DNA from: a virus
Lineage: Duplodnaviria; Caudoviricetes
DNA length: 64,000 nt
Direction: 5' to 3' (one strand)
IMG/VR virus record: IMGVR_UViG_3300044506_000032
Coordinates: 1-64,000 of that record
How positions within the stretch are numbered: the first letter of the stretch is position 1; each line of letters begins with the position of its first letter. This document shows positions 19,162 to 27,645 of the stretch, piece by piece. The notes under the pieces are model-generated. The model saw only the letters and a program-made list of their open reading frames with translations. It was not told the origin of the DNA and searched no databases. Position numbers and translations under genes: made by a program.

Positions 19162-19884
19162 ATGTTCGACCCGCATAATCCGTCCAACTCCCCCACCGAC
19201 ATACCCCGCTGCTCCTGCTGCCCGTACGCCCTCTACGGCGCCGACTACGGCAGGCTGGCGTGCTGGCGTTGTGAGCAGCGCATGTACGACCGGCTCAACG
19301 AAGTTGAGACGCTGTGGAACCGCCTGCCCGACTCCGCGCACCGTCCGACCGGTGTGCGCGAGCCGGGCCGCAGCATGTCCGTGTACCCCGGCCTGCCCGG
19401 CAACGGGAACGTCATCAATCTGACCGGTCCGGGGGATAGCACCCCGCTGGGCCGGCTGCGCGCGGTCGAGGACGACTGGCGGCGCGCCGCCGGCCTGCCG
19501 GTGCAGGCGTTCCGCGGGAGTGCCGGGCAGACGATGCCGCTCGTGCTCGGCTTCCTGCGCGGCCGGCTGCCGTGGGCGTGTGGTGCGCACAAGAACCCGC
19601 TGCTCCTCGATGGTGAGCAGCTGCTCCCGGACGTGCAGGCGCTGCACGAGGCGCTCGGACGGATCGTCGGCGAGCTCGGCCAGGCGGTGACCGGCGAGCC
19701 GCGGGCCCGGACGATCCCGGTCGCGTGCCTCGCCGAGTACGACGACGGCAGCGTCTGTGGTGCCGAACTGCGGGTCGGCGCGAACACGATCCGGACGATC
19801 TGCCCCGGTTGTGGCGCGGAGTGGTCGAGGGAAACGTTCCTGCGCCTCGCGGCGGAGGCCAACCAGTTCGGGGCGGCGGCATGA
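19162..19884 (+). CDS. OvmZ-like prophage protein with N- and C-terminal zinc motifs
   Basis: CSCC..CWRC; EDDWRRAAG; LRGRLPWAC; C-terminal C..CGAEL...CPGCGAEW. Confidence 0.65.
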   Translation: MFDPHNPSNSPTDIPRCSCCPYALYGADYGRLACWRCEQRMYDRLNEVETLWNRLPDSAHRPTGVREPGRSMSVYPGLPGNGNVINLTGPGDSTPLGRLRAVEDDWRRAAGLPVQAFRGSAGQTMPLVLGFLRGRLPWACGAHKNPLLLDGEQLLPDVQALHEALGRIVGELGQAVTGEPRARTIPVACLAEYDDGSVCGAELRVGANTIRTICPGCGAEWSRETFLRLAAEANQFGAAA

Positions 19885-20084
19885 CCGGCGGCGAGCAGGT
19901 GGTGGCGCTCATGTTCGGGATCTTGTGCGCGCTGCTGGCGGTGTGCGCGGTGGCCCGGGCGTGGGTGGACGGCTGCGAGGCGGCCGCGAAGGCGCAGGTT
20001 GAGATGACACGGATTGCCGCGGAGGCGCAGGCCAAGCAGCCGCTGTACGCGCCGTCAGACTGGTCGAGAGAGGGAGAACTGTGA
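19881..20084 (+). CDS. small membrane protein
   Basis: Hydrophobic N-terminal helix; coupled. Confidence 0.6.
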   Translation: MTGGEQVVALMFGILCALLAVCAVARAWVDGCEAAAKAQVEMTRIAAEAQAKQPLYAPSDWSREGEL

Positions 20085-20581
20085 TCGAGGACGTTCCGCG
20101 GCCGGGCTCAATCGGCTTGACCAGCATCAACGGCCCGGTGGGCTTCGGGATTCGCGTCGGTCAGTTCCTCTGCGGCGATGGCTTCAGCCCCTTCGAGCAC
20201 GCGTTTCTGTACCTCGGCGACGGCCTGTTGCTCGAGGCGGAGCCAGGTGGTGCGCGGATCTCCGGCCTGGACGAGTATGCGGGCCGCGAGGTGGTGTTCG
20301 TGGCGCCGGCCGGGCTGACGGATGAGCAGCGGGCGGCGATCGTCACCGCGGCACGCACCATGGTTGGGACCCCGTACAGCTTCCTCGACTTCGCTGCGAT
20401 CGCCCTGCACCGGCTCCACGTTCCGGCGCCGGGCCTGAAACGGTTCATCGCCTCGACCCATCACGAAATCTGCTCCGCACTCGTGGACGAGGTGTACCGG
20501 CGCGGCGGGTTCGCGCTCTTCTCTGACGCGAGATGGCAGGGATACGTCACACCGGCAGCGCTCTGGGAGGCGCTGCGGTGA
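20081..20581 (+). CDS. permuted papain-like (NlpC/P60, YiiX-type) amidase/acyltransferase
   Basis: His (FEHAFLYLG) precedes Cys (ICSALV); VGTPYSF; VTP. Confidence 0.85.
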   Translation: MIEDVPRPGSIGLTSINGPVGFGIRVGQFLCGDGFSPFEHAFLYLGDGLLLEAEPGGARISGLDEYAGREVVFVAPAGLTDEQRAAIVTAARTMVGTPYSFLDFAAIALHRLHVPAPGLKRFIASTHHEICSALVDEVYRRGGFALFSDARWQGYVTPAALWEALR

Positions 20582-20769
20582 GCGGCCGGCTTCGGGTGCG
20601 CCGGGTGGCGGCGGGCTGCTGGGAGGTTCGTTGTCTGCGCTGCTGGGATGACGACCCGTACGCGGTTCCGTGGTCGGTTCGGCCGGCAGTGACGATCGTG
20701 GCGCAGGTCGGCACGTGGGAGCGGGCGATGCGGCGGGCCGGCGAGCACCTGACGGAGGCGCACCGGTGA
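20578..20769 (+). CDS. hypothetical protein
   Basis: GTGA coupling; CLRC. Confidence 0.55.
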   Translation: MSGRLRVRRVAAGCWEVRCLRCWDDDPYAVPWSVRPAVTIVAQVGTWERAMRRAGEHLTEAHR

Positions 20770-20933
20770 ACGAGGACTTCTGCCCGTGCGGCCACGTGGT
20801 CGGTGATCTGCGGTGCCTGAACGGCCGGATCTACGGGCCGTGTGACTCGCCGCACTGCGACGGGCCGTGTATGGACACGTACGGGGTCTGCCAGTCGGCG
20901 GACGGCTGCTGCGACGAGGAGGACGACGGCTGA
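20766..20933 (+). CDS. Cys-rich mini-protein
   Basis: 9 Cys in 55 aa; coupled. Confidence 0.6.
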   Translation: MNEDFCPCGHVVGDLRCLNGRIYGPCDSPHCDGPCMDTYGVCQSADGCCDEEDDG

Positions 20934-20938
20934 GGGCT

Positions 20939-20971
20939 CGCGGCGCCCGGCTGTAAAGCTCGGGCGCCGCG
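20939..20971 (+). terminator. hairpin ending the rightward operon
   Basis: 11-bp stem CGCGGCGCCCG/CGGGCGCCGCG. Confidence 0.65.
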
Positions 20972-21164
20972 CCCGGGGAGGACGAGCTGTGACCATATCG
21001 CTGGCGCGGGCTGGCGGGTAGCCCCTGAACAGCACAAGACCCCCGCTGGTGGGCGGGGGCCGGGGTGCCGCAGGTCTCGATCTGATCTACTTCGGCAAGG
21101 TCGTTGACTGCGTTCCGGGCCGGGTCGAAGCTGTCATTCCGCTTCTTCGTTCAAGGGAGGCCCC

Positions 21165-21521
21165 GTGGAAAAAATCAGCGTGGAGCGGACCGAGACACCG
21201 CCGTGCTCACGGTGCGGCAGGCAGCTGCTGATCGCGGCCAACACACCGCCGGGTGTGGACGGCCCGCTTGTCGAGTTGTGCCGCTGGTGCGACGAGGGCA
21301 CTGACAGTGCGGCCGGCCGCCTGGTGGCGATGTTCGCAGCGGGGCTGACGGCTGAGGACGCGCCGGCCGCCGGGGAGCTGATGCTGGACTGGTACCGGGA
21401 GGTGATGGCATCACGGGGCTGGTATCACTGCCCGGACGATCACTCGGATCCGGCGGCGGACGAGGAGGCGTCGTTCGCCACGTGGGAAGCGGAGCTGGAA
21501 GGCGGTGTGCGGGATGCATGA
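21165..21521 (+). CDS. hypothetical zinc-binding protein (DUF6300-like)
   Basis: PPCSRCG...LCRWCD...AAGRLVAMF; GGGAGG RBS. Confidence 0.6.
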   Translation: MEKISVERTETPPCSRCGRQLLIAANTPPGVDGPLVELCRWCDEGTDSAAGRLVAMFAAGLTAEDAPAAGELMLDWYREVMASRGWYHCPDDHSDPAADEEASFATWEAELEGGVRDA

Positions 21522-21564
21522 CAGCAACTGGGGCGGCTACGCCGACACGGCCTGGGACTGACGG

Positions 21565-22062
21565 CTACCCGGCGCAATGGCGGTCGGGGTGGCAGCAGCC
21601 GGTCCCGTCGCAGGTGCACGGCTCGTCGTGGCTGCCGAACGTGCAGCACGGGCACGGGTCGGGCTCGCCCAGGAGACGGCACCCGCCGACCGGCTCACCG
21701 CACTCGGTGCAGCGGTCGTGCATCAGCCCGCACGGCTCCGGGCAGACCGTGCGGTCGAACCACGTCTCGGTGCTGTCGTCGTGCACGCATTCGCGAAGCT
21801 CATGCTGCTCCCACGGTGCGCCGCACGTCTCGCCGAACCGTTCGGCTGCGCACTGGCCGCCCGGAGTGCCCTCGTAGGTGTGGTCGGTGACGCGGAGTTG
21901 TGCGGGCTGGCCTTGGAGCTGGTCGAGCTTGCGGCCGAGGACGATGACGGTCCTCGCGAGATCGAGCTGGTCGTGCTCGTCGCAGAGGTGGTCGTACAGG
22001 TCGTCGCCGTCGGTGAGGTCGGTCTTGCCGCAGCCGGCGACGGGGCACTTCAGGGAGGTCAC
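21565..22062 (-). CDS. Cys-rich protein with N-terminal C2H2-like finger
   Basis: CPVAGC...HLCDEH; 19 Cys in 165 aa. Confidence 0.65.
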   Translation of the reverse strand: MTSLKCPVAGCGKTDLTDGDDLYDHLCDEHDQLDLARTVIVLGRKLDQLQGQPAQLRVTDHTYEGTPGGQCAAERFGETCGAPWEQHELRECVHDDSTETWFDRTVCPEPCGLMHDRCTECGEPVGGCRLLGEPDPCPCCTFGSHDEPCTCDGTGCCHPDRHCAG

Positions 22063-22244
22063 GGCTGTTCCTTGATGACGATGCGCAGCGCTTCGACGAC
22101 GGCGCCGGTGCGGATGTTGTCGGGGAACCGCTGCTCCCAGGCGTCGGCCATCTGCTCGATCCGGGCGAGCTTGCGGAGGGCGTTGTCCCGTTCGCGGTGT
22201 GCCTGGTAGGCGGCTTGGCGCCATTCGTGGACGTCGTTGGTCAC
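22059..22244 (-). CDS. hypothetical protein
   Basis: Coupled in the leftward operon. Confidence 0.6.
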   Translation of the reverse strand: MTNDVHEWRQAAYQAHRERDNALRKLARIEQMADAWEQRFPDNIRTGAVVEALRIVIKEQP

Positions 22245-22450
22245 TGCTTGATCACCTCGTTCTTGTGTTCGCCGCACCACACGAGATCGTCGAAGGTGCC
22301 GTCGGAGTACACCTGCCTGCCGGCGTCCCAGACGAAGCACTCGGCGGTGGGGCAGTTGAATCCGCAGACGGCGGAGCAGCAGGGGTCGTCGGGTGAGCAC
22401 TCGTCTTCGATGCACTGGGCGTCGGGGCAATACGGGGCGGCGGTGGTCAC
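22241..22450 (-). CDS. Cys-rich mini-protein
   Basis: 9 Cys in 69 aa; coupled. Confidence 0.6.
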   Translation of the reverse strand: MTTAAPYCPDAQCIEDECSPDDPCCSAVCGFNCPTAECFVWDAGRQVYSDGTFDDLVWCGEHKNEVIKQ

Positions 22451-22839
22451 GGTTGCTCCCCTTGGGCCACGGCAAGTAGCACGTCCGCATGGCAGGCCAG
22501 TTCCGGCTTGCACCAGCACATCAGGTCCAACCCGGCCAGTTCAACGCGCGCCTTCTCGACGAGGTCGGGCCGCGTGCGGAGCCACTCCCGATAGAAGCGG
22601 ACGGCCTGCTCGTGGGCGGTGTTCTGGTAGGCGCAGGTGACGTTGTAGGCGCCGTTCGGTGGGTGGATGCCGCGGGGCCCGTCCCAGTGGACTGTCCAGT
22701 GGGTGCGGCCGGCGGGTTGTACGGACCAGGGGTTGCCCCAGACGCTGCCGCGGGCCCGCCCGACGTAGCGGCTGTTCTCGGGAGCTCGCCAGCCGGCAGT
22801 ACGACACCGCTGGACGCGTACCGGGGTTTCGCCGGTCAT
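22447..22839 (-). CDS. DUF4326-family protein (second copy)
   Basis: RVQRCRTAGWRAP, WGNPW, LAGLDLMCWC, CHADVLL. Confidence 0.9.
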   Translation of the reverse strand: MTGETPVRVQRCRTAGWRAPENSRYVGRARGSVWGNPWSVQPAGRTHWTVHWDGPRGIHPPNGAYNVTCAYQNTAHEQAVRFYREWLRTRPDLVEKARVELAGLDLMCWCKPELACHADVLLAVAQGEQP

Positions 22840-23192
22840 CGTTCCTCCTCGTTGGGCCAGGTGTGCCCGTTGGCGTCTTCGCAGTCGTCGTCGTGCTCGG
22901 GGTTGTGGATGCAGAAGGTCTCGCGGCCGGTCGAGTCGTAGTCCATGGAGTCGCACCACGGCCCGGTGCCGATGCGGCGGTCGAGTTCGTCTCGCCAGGC
23001 GTTCTCGCCGGCTTCGGCGGCGGCACGGGCGTGGCGCTTCTCCCAGCCTTGACGGGCTGCGGCAGCCCGGACGGAGCGGGCTTCGGGGGTGCGGCGGCGT
23101 GCGGCGATCTGCTCGCGTCGGATTTGTTCGGCGGCGTCGAGGGTGTCGGCGAGCCGGCCCATGAGTTGCCAGATCGCGTCGGTGTCCGTCAC
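22836..23192 (-). CDS. hypothetical protein
   Basis: Coupled; C-terminal C..C..H motif. Confidence 0.65.
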   Translation of the reverse strand: MTDTDAIWQLMGRLADTLDAAEQIRREQIAARRRTPEARSVRAAAARQGWEKRHARAAAEAGENAWRDELDRRIGTGPWCDSMDYDSTGRETFCIHNPEHDDDCEDANGHTWPNEEER

Positions 23193-23581
23193 CGCTGCTC
23201 CTCGTTGTGGCAGCCGATTTGGTGGTCCCCGCCGGTGCCGTCACACACCGGGCAGGGCTGCTGGTTGGCGTGCGCGGCGGACCTCTCGGCGATGCGCTGG
23301 ATCTTCGCCGCGAGGTGCTGCTCCGGGTCTGGGGTGAACCCGTGCAGCGCGACCATGGCCGTCACGATGACGTCGCACAACTCGTCGGCGACGTCGGCCT
23401 TGGTGTGGGTGACGCCCTTGCGCGGGTTCTGGCCCTGCAGGCCGATGTACGCCCGCATCACCTCCCCCGCCTCCTCGCCGAGCTTCATGAGGCGCATCGC
23501 GGTCTCGTGCTCGCCGGTGCCGTTGGCCTCGTCGAGCCAGGCGACGAGCTGGCGGATCGTCTTCCAGGTTTCGGTGGTCAC
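23189..23581 (-). CDS. MazG-like nucleotide pyrophosphohydrolase
   Basis: KLGEEAGEV...VADELCDVIVTA. Confidence 0.9.
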   Translation of the reverse strand: MTTETWKTIRQLVAWLDEANGTGEHETAMRLMKLGEEAGEVMRAYIGLQGQNPRKGVTHTKADVADELCDVIVTAMVALHGFTPDPEQHLAAKIQRIAERSAAHANQQPCPVCDGTGGDHQIGCHNEEQR

Positions 23582-23820
23582 TGCTGCTCCAGGGCGTATC
23601 CGGTGCGGCGTGGCTTGCCGTCGCGGGTGAGCGGGGAGTCGTGGAGCTTCGCGAGGGAGACGCTGCGGGCGCCGACCTCGCGTCCATCCTCGGTCAGGGT
23701 GACGACGCGGGCCGTGCCCTGGCCGTAGCAGCCAGCACCCCATGGGGTGACACCCAGGATGCGGATGCGGGTCGTCCTGCCGGGCGTGCAGGAGCGGTAG
23801 GTCTGGTCGCGCTCGATCAC
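23578..23820 (-). CDS. hypothetical protein
   Basis: Coupled; ends LH...TRDGKPRRTGYAL. Confidence 0.65.
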   Translation of the reverse strand: MIERDQTYRSCTPGRTTRIRILGVTPWGAGCYGQGTARVVTLTEDGREVGARSVSLAKLHDSPLTRDGKPRRTGYALEQQ

Positions 23821-24053
23821 TGGGTGGCTCCGTTTCGGGCGATGCGGGCGGCGGCTGCGCGGTCGCGGGAGTCCATCCACTCGCCGTCGATCGGGCCGGG
23901 GTGGGTCTCGATGTCGCTGGCGACCTGCTCCCGGACCGCCTGCTCCAGCGCGGTGATCCGGTCGCGGGCCTTGTCGGCGTCCCAGGCGGGCAGGAGGACG
24001 AGCAGTTCGTGGAGGTCGCGGCGGGCCTCGGCGAGCGGGTTGGTGTCGGTCAT
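23817..24053 (-). CDS. hypothetical protein
   Basis: AGGAG RBS. Confidence 0.65.
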   Translation of the reverse strand: MTDTNPLAEARRDLHELLVLLPAWDADKARDRITALEQAVREQVASDIETHPGPIDGEWMDSRDRAAAARIARNGATQ

Positions 24054-24063
24054 CGTGCTGCTC

Positions 24064-24324
24064 CTACGGCTTCGGCTTGCTGGACGGGTGCGGGCGGCGG
24101 CCGTTCTCGATCGCGGCCTTCCCGTGGAACGCGCGGCTCTGCTCCCGCTCGATGCTGGCGCGAGTCGTCTGCCAGTTGGCGATGAGATCGGCAGCCCCGA
24201 CCTCGGTCATCCTCAGGTTGGCTTCGGCATAGCGGGCGATCAGTTCCGCGACTGCGTCTTCAACGGTCATCTGGCCGGTGGCAACGGCGTGCCCGTAGGT
24301 CTCGATGTAGTCGATGAGTGCCAT
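24064..24324 (-). CDS. hypothetical protein
   Basis: AAGGAG RBS. Confidence 0.65.
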   Translation of the reverse strand: MALIDYIETYGHAVATGQMTVEDAVAELIARYAEANLRMTEVGAADLIANWQTTRASIEREQSRAFHGKAAIENGRRPHPSSKPKP

Positions 24325-24381
24325 GGTGCTGCTCCTTGTCGGGTGGCCCGGCCGGTGGCGTGCCGGCCAGGCGCGGGGTGG

Positions 24382-24786
24382 TCAGAGGTGCTCGTCGATG
24401 GCCTGTCCGAGCCCGGCGACGAGCTCGTCGCGCATGTCGTCGGGCGTGTCGGGTGCGAAGGCGAACAGCACGCGGGCGATCGGCTTGTCGCCGGCGTGGA
24501 TGGTGAGTGCGGCGTCGTTTTCGGGCTGGAGGCCGTCGGCGCCGAGGCGGACGGCCCAGTGGCCGAGGTCGGCGGCGCGACGGATAAGGTCGTGGATCTT
24601 TCGCTGCGCCGCGTCGTAGGCGTCGTCATCGAGGCCGGCGTCCGCCCAGGTCTGGCCAGTGCTGGGGATCTCCTCGTCCTCCATCATCTCGCCGACGCCC
24701 ATGTAGTCGGGGCTGGTCGCGAGTTCGCCGTGCTGGCGGCCGGCTTCGTGGAGAAGGTCGGCGTCGGTGTAGGGCTGGTCAGTCAC
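24382..24786 (-). CDS. hypothetical protein
   Basis: GAGGAG RBS; TDQPYTDADL. Confidence 0.7.
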   Translation of the reverse strand: MTDQPYTDADLLHEAGRQHGELATSPDYMGVGEMMEDEEIPSTGQTWADAGLDDDAYDAAQRKIHDLIRRAADLGHWAVRLGADGLQPENDAALTIHAGDKPIARVLFAFAPDTPDDMRDELVAGLGQAIDEHL

Positions 24787-24840
24787 GGTGCTGCTCCTCG
24801 GGTTGGGCCCGGCCGTCACCCGACGGCCGGGCGGGAGTGG

Positions 24841-25458
24841 TCAGGACGTCTCGTCGCGCTCGGCGTCGGTGAACCCGTACCGGCCCGTGTTCGTGCCGCG
24901 TGCGACCATCCGGCCGGCGCTCGTCATCGACCTCTGCGTGTGCTCACCGGAGTACGACAGCGTCGTGTCCGCCCCGATGCCCATGCCGCCGGCCGCCGCG
25001 AACGCGTCCTGGTCTGCACCGAGGAACACGAACTGCCAGCCGTAGGTGTCCTGCTGCTCGGTGATGAGCTTCTTGACCGTGGTCAGGTTGAACTCGCGGG
25101 AGGCGTTCTCCTCGCCGTCGGTCAGGATCACGATGACGACCTCGCCGGGCCTGTCCGTCTCGGGCAGGGCTGCGAGTTGCGCGCCGACAGTGGTGATGGT
25201 TCGGCCGACGGCGTCGAGGAGGGCGGTGCTGCCGCGCGGGACGAGGGCGAAGTCGGGGACGTCGGAGAGCGGGGAGTTCTCGTAGACGGTCTCGTAGGCG
25301 TGGTCGAACTGGTAGAGGGAGACGGTGGTGTCGCCGATCGCTCCGGTCTGTTCGGCGAGGAACGCTCGCAGGCCGCCTTCGGTGTCGGCCTTGACGGTCT
25401 GCATGCTGCCGGAGCGGTCGAGGACGATCGCGATGTGGCGGCGGTCGGGGTTGGTCAT
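24841..25458 (-). CDS. von Willebrand factor A domain protein
   Basis: MIDAS DRSGS, TALLDA, ILTDGEENAS. Confidence 0.92.
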   Translation of the reverse strand: MTNPDRRHIAIVLDRSGSMQTVKADTEGGLRAFLAEQTGAIGDTTVSLYQFDHAYETVYENSPLSDVPDFALVPRGSTALLDAVGRTITTVGAQLAALPETDRPGEVVIVILTDGEENASREFNLTTVKKLITEQQDTYGWQFVFLGADQDAFAAAGGMGIGADTTLSYSGEHTQRSMTSAGRMVARGTNTGRYGFTDAERDETS

Positions 25459-25517
25459 GGGTTGCTCCTCGGGTTGGGGGGTGGCCGCCGGGCAGCGGCC
25501 ACCAGGTCAGGCGGCGG

Positions 25518-25748
25518 TCAGTCCGCGACGGGCTCGATCCACTCCCGGTCCATCCACGCGGACAGCCGGTCGACGGAGTCATCGAGCATGACGCCGTAGC
25601 CGGTGACGACCGTCGGGTCGTTGTGCGCGTAGTGGACGTAGTCGACCCGGCCGAGCGCTCCGGCGGGGATGTCGGGCTGCTCGGGTGCCCAGTCGGCGGA
25701 CTCGAGGTCGATCAGGGTGCGGACTCGCTGTCCGATGGTGAGGGTCAC
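25518..25748 (-). CDS. small SH3-like hypothetical protein
   Basis: GQRVRT...IPAGALGRV...YGV; GGAG RBS. Confidence 0.65.
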   Translation of the reverse strand: MTLTIGQRVRTLIDLESADWAPEQPDIPAGALGRVDYVHYAHNDPTVVTGYGVMLDDSVDRLSAWMDREWIEPVAD

Positions 25749-25785
25749 GGGGTCTCCGTTCAGGGAATGGTCGGGCGGCGGGCGG

Positions 25786-26043
25786 TCAGACGAGCTGCTC
25801 GGGGGCGACGCCGAAGAAGCGGTGCGGCAGGTCCTCGCCGGACTCGAACCAGGCGTCGAGCGCGTTCACGTCGCGCTGCTCCAGCTCGTCCATGAGCCAG
25901 CCCCGGACCATCGGGACTGCCGGGTCGGTCACGGGCAGGCCTTCGGTGGCGGCGAAGTCGTAGCAGAGCTGCTCGGTGGAGCGGGCGGCGATCTGCTTGC
26001 GGATGCCGGCCTCGGCCTTCGCGGCGCTCTGCTGGGCGGTCAT
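25786..26043 (-). CDS. hypothetical protein
   Basis: GGAGG RBS; VRGWLMDELEQR. Confidence 0.7.
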   Translation of the reverse strand: MTAQQSAAKAEAGIRKQIAARSTEQLCYDFAATEGLPVTDPAVPMVRGWLMDELEQRDVNALDAWFESGEDLPHRFFGVAPEQLV

Positions 26044-26069
26044 GGTGTCCTCCGGACCGATCGGGCTCT

Positions 26070-26152
26070 TTTGACGCTCCCAATTTATAGACCCCTAGAA
26101 GATCAAATCAAGGGGTCTAGAACTGAATCTTCGCGAGGTCTAAAATCCCCCC
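26070..26152. promoter_or_regulatory. divergent promoter region with TAGACCCC operators
   Basis: TAGACCCCT-N14-AGGGGTCTA plus GAGGTCTA; TAAAAT 6 nt before the HTH ATG (leaderless); TATAAA on the minus strand. Confidence 0.75.
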
Positions 26153-26452
26153 ATGGACCCCACGCCGGCCGAGCTCACACAGACCGCAGTCGACCACGCC
26201 CTCGCGATCGACGACCCGGCCAACCGCGCCCGCGCCATCACCGGGATCCTCGACGTCATCAAGACCGCCACCCCCGACCTCCAAGCCGCCAGACAGGCCG
26301 ACATCCTCAAGCTCCGCGAGGACCACACCCTTCGCGAAGTCGGCGCGCAGGTCGGACTCTCGATTGGGCGAGTCGACCAGATCGCCAAGGGCACGGTCAC
26401 CGGACGGCGCACCAAGGCGAAGGCCTCCCCCGCCGGGCCCGACGGCCCCTGA
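26153..26452 (+). CDS. Kor-like HTH repressor
   Basis: TLREVGAQVGLSIGRVDQIAKG; paralogous to 39371-39715. Confidence 0.8.
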   Translation: MDPTPAELTQTAVDHALAIDDPANRARAITGILDVIKTATPDLQAARQADILKLREDHTLREVGAQVGLSIGRVDQIAKGTVTGRRTKAKASPAGPDGP

Positions 26453-26482
26453 CCCCGCCGCTTGTCACCCCGGAGTGCGACG

Positions 26483-26686
26483 ATGCCCGACATGAACCTG
26501 AGCGATGACACTGTCCGCCGTCTCGAGTGGCTCCACGCCGGCAAGTGGATCTCCGGCTGGGGCGTCGACCAAGCCGAGCTACACGTGTACGGCTTCGACG
26601 GTGTCGACGGCGCCATGAGCCTCGAACTCGGCGAGGCACGTGCGTGGCTGTCCGGCTACATGGCCGGCGTGCAGCGGGCCAGCTGA
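26483..26686 (+). CDS. hypothetical protein
   Basis: 67-aa ORF. Confidence 0.55.
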   Translation: MPDMNLSDDTVRRLEWLHAGKWISGWGVDQAELHVYGFDGVDGAMSLELGEARAWLSGYMAGVQRAS

Positions 26687-26775
26687 ACCAACCGGCCCCC
26701 GGCCTCTTCCCTGCTGGTCGGCGCGCCCGTACAGTTGCCCCACTTGCGGGCGCCAGCGGGCCAGTCCCGCAGCGC

Positions 26776-26809
26776 CAGAAAGCCCCCGCCACGCCGCGGG
26801 GGCTTTCTG
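26776..26809. terminator. bidirectional terminator-like hairpin
   Basis: 14-bp perfect stem CAGAAAGCCCCCGC/GCGGGGGCTTTCTG. Confidence 0.75.
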
Positions 26810-26906
26810 CTGTTGTCAGCCCCGTCTGCAATGGCCCCTGATCATCCCCTGGACCCGGCACCCGCAGGCTGGCATGCTGCGATCCCACCCCCGGCAGGGA
26901 GCACTC

Positions 26907-27287
26907 ATGCCCGAAGACCCGAACGCGCCGATCGACCAGCTCGCTGCACGCCGCAGAAAGCGCGCAGCGTCAACCACCCAGCCAGAGGAACAGAGTCTGG
27001 CCGACCAGACCGTCGAACGGGCCTCGATATCCCGGGCCTGGGAGGCGGCGGTAGCTGAACACGGCGTGAGCCTGACCAGTCCGGAAGGGGAGGCGTACGC
27101 GCGGGGCATCGCCGACTTCCTGGAGCGTCTCGCCCACGGTGCGATGCTCGTGCGGGACGGCGACCCGACTCGGGGGGTCGCCCCGAATCCGGATGACGGC
27201 ATGGACCGGGTGTCGGCGCGGATGCTGGTCGGGCTGGCGAGGGACCTGCGGGACACGCCGGCCATTCTTCGAGCATCCCAGCCGTAA
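26907..27287 (+). CDS. hypothetical protein
   Basis: GGGAG RBS; flanked by related hairpins. Confidence 0.65.
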   Translation: MPEDPNAPIDQLAARRRKRAASTTQPEEQSLADQTVERASISRAWEAAVAEHGVSLTSPEGEAYARGIADFLERLAHGAMLVRDGDPTRGVAPNPDDGMDRVSARMLVGLARDLRDTPAILRASQP

Positions 27288-27291
27288 GCCG

Positions 27292-27320
27292 AAGCCCCCG
27301 CTGGTCGGGGGCTTTCTGCT
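27292..27320. terminator. terminator-like hairpin between convergent genes
   Basis: AAGCCCCCG/CGGGGGCTT followed by TCTGCT. Confidence 0.7.
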
Positions 27321-27328
27321 GCCCGGAC

Positions 27329-27607
27329 TCAGACGCTCGGCGGTTCGGCCGGCCGCATGGTGCGGTCGCTGTGGCGGATCCAGCCGTAGTCGTTCTCGCC
27401 GAGGCCCCAGGCGGTGTGTGCGGCCCAGCCGCCGTCTATGGTGCGCCGCCACGCGGTGATGATCGCCGGGTGCCATTGGGCGTGGCGGCGGATCCAGCAG
27501 ATCTGCCACGTCGAGCGCTCGGTGTCCGGGAGAGTGTCGGAATCGTCGACGGGACGCGCATCGGACCAGCCGGGCCAGCTGTCGGGGGTGCGGTCGCGGC
27601 GTGCCAT
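27329..27607 (-). CDS. Trp-rich hypothetical protein, probably SOS-regulated
   Basis: 92-aa ORF; promoter and LexA-like box immediately upstream. Confidence 0.65.
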   Translation of the reverse strand: MARRDRTPDSWPGWSDARPVDDSDTLPDTERSTWQICWIRRHAQWHPAIITAWRRTIDGGWAAHTAWGLGENDYGWIRHSDRTMRPAEPPSV

Positions 27608-27613
27608 GAGGCC

Positions 27614-27642
27614 ATTATTCGATCACGCGTTCGAATGGCCAA
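27614..27642 (-). promoter_or_regulatory. leaderless promoter containing an actinobacterial SOS (LexA) box
   Basis: Minus strand TTGGCC-N17-AATAAT-6 nt-ATG; TCGAAC-GCGT-GATCGA at 27619-27634. Confidence 0.65.
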
Positions 27643-27645
27643 ATG

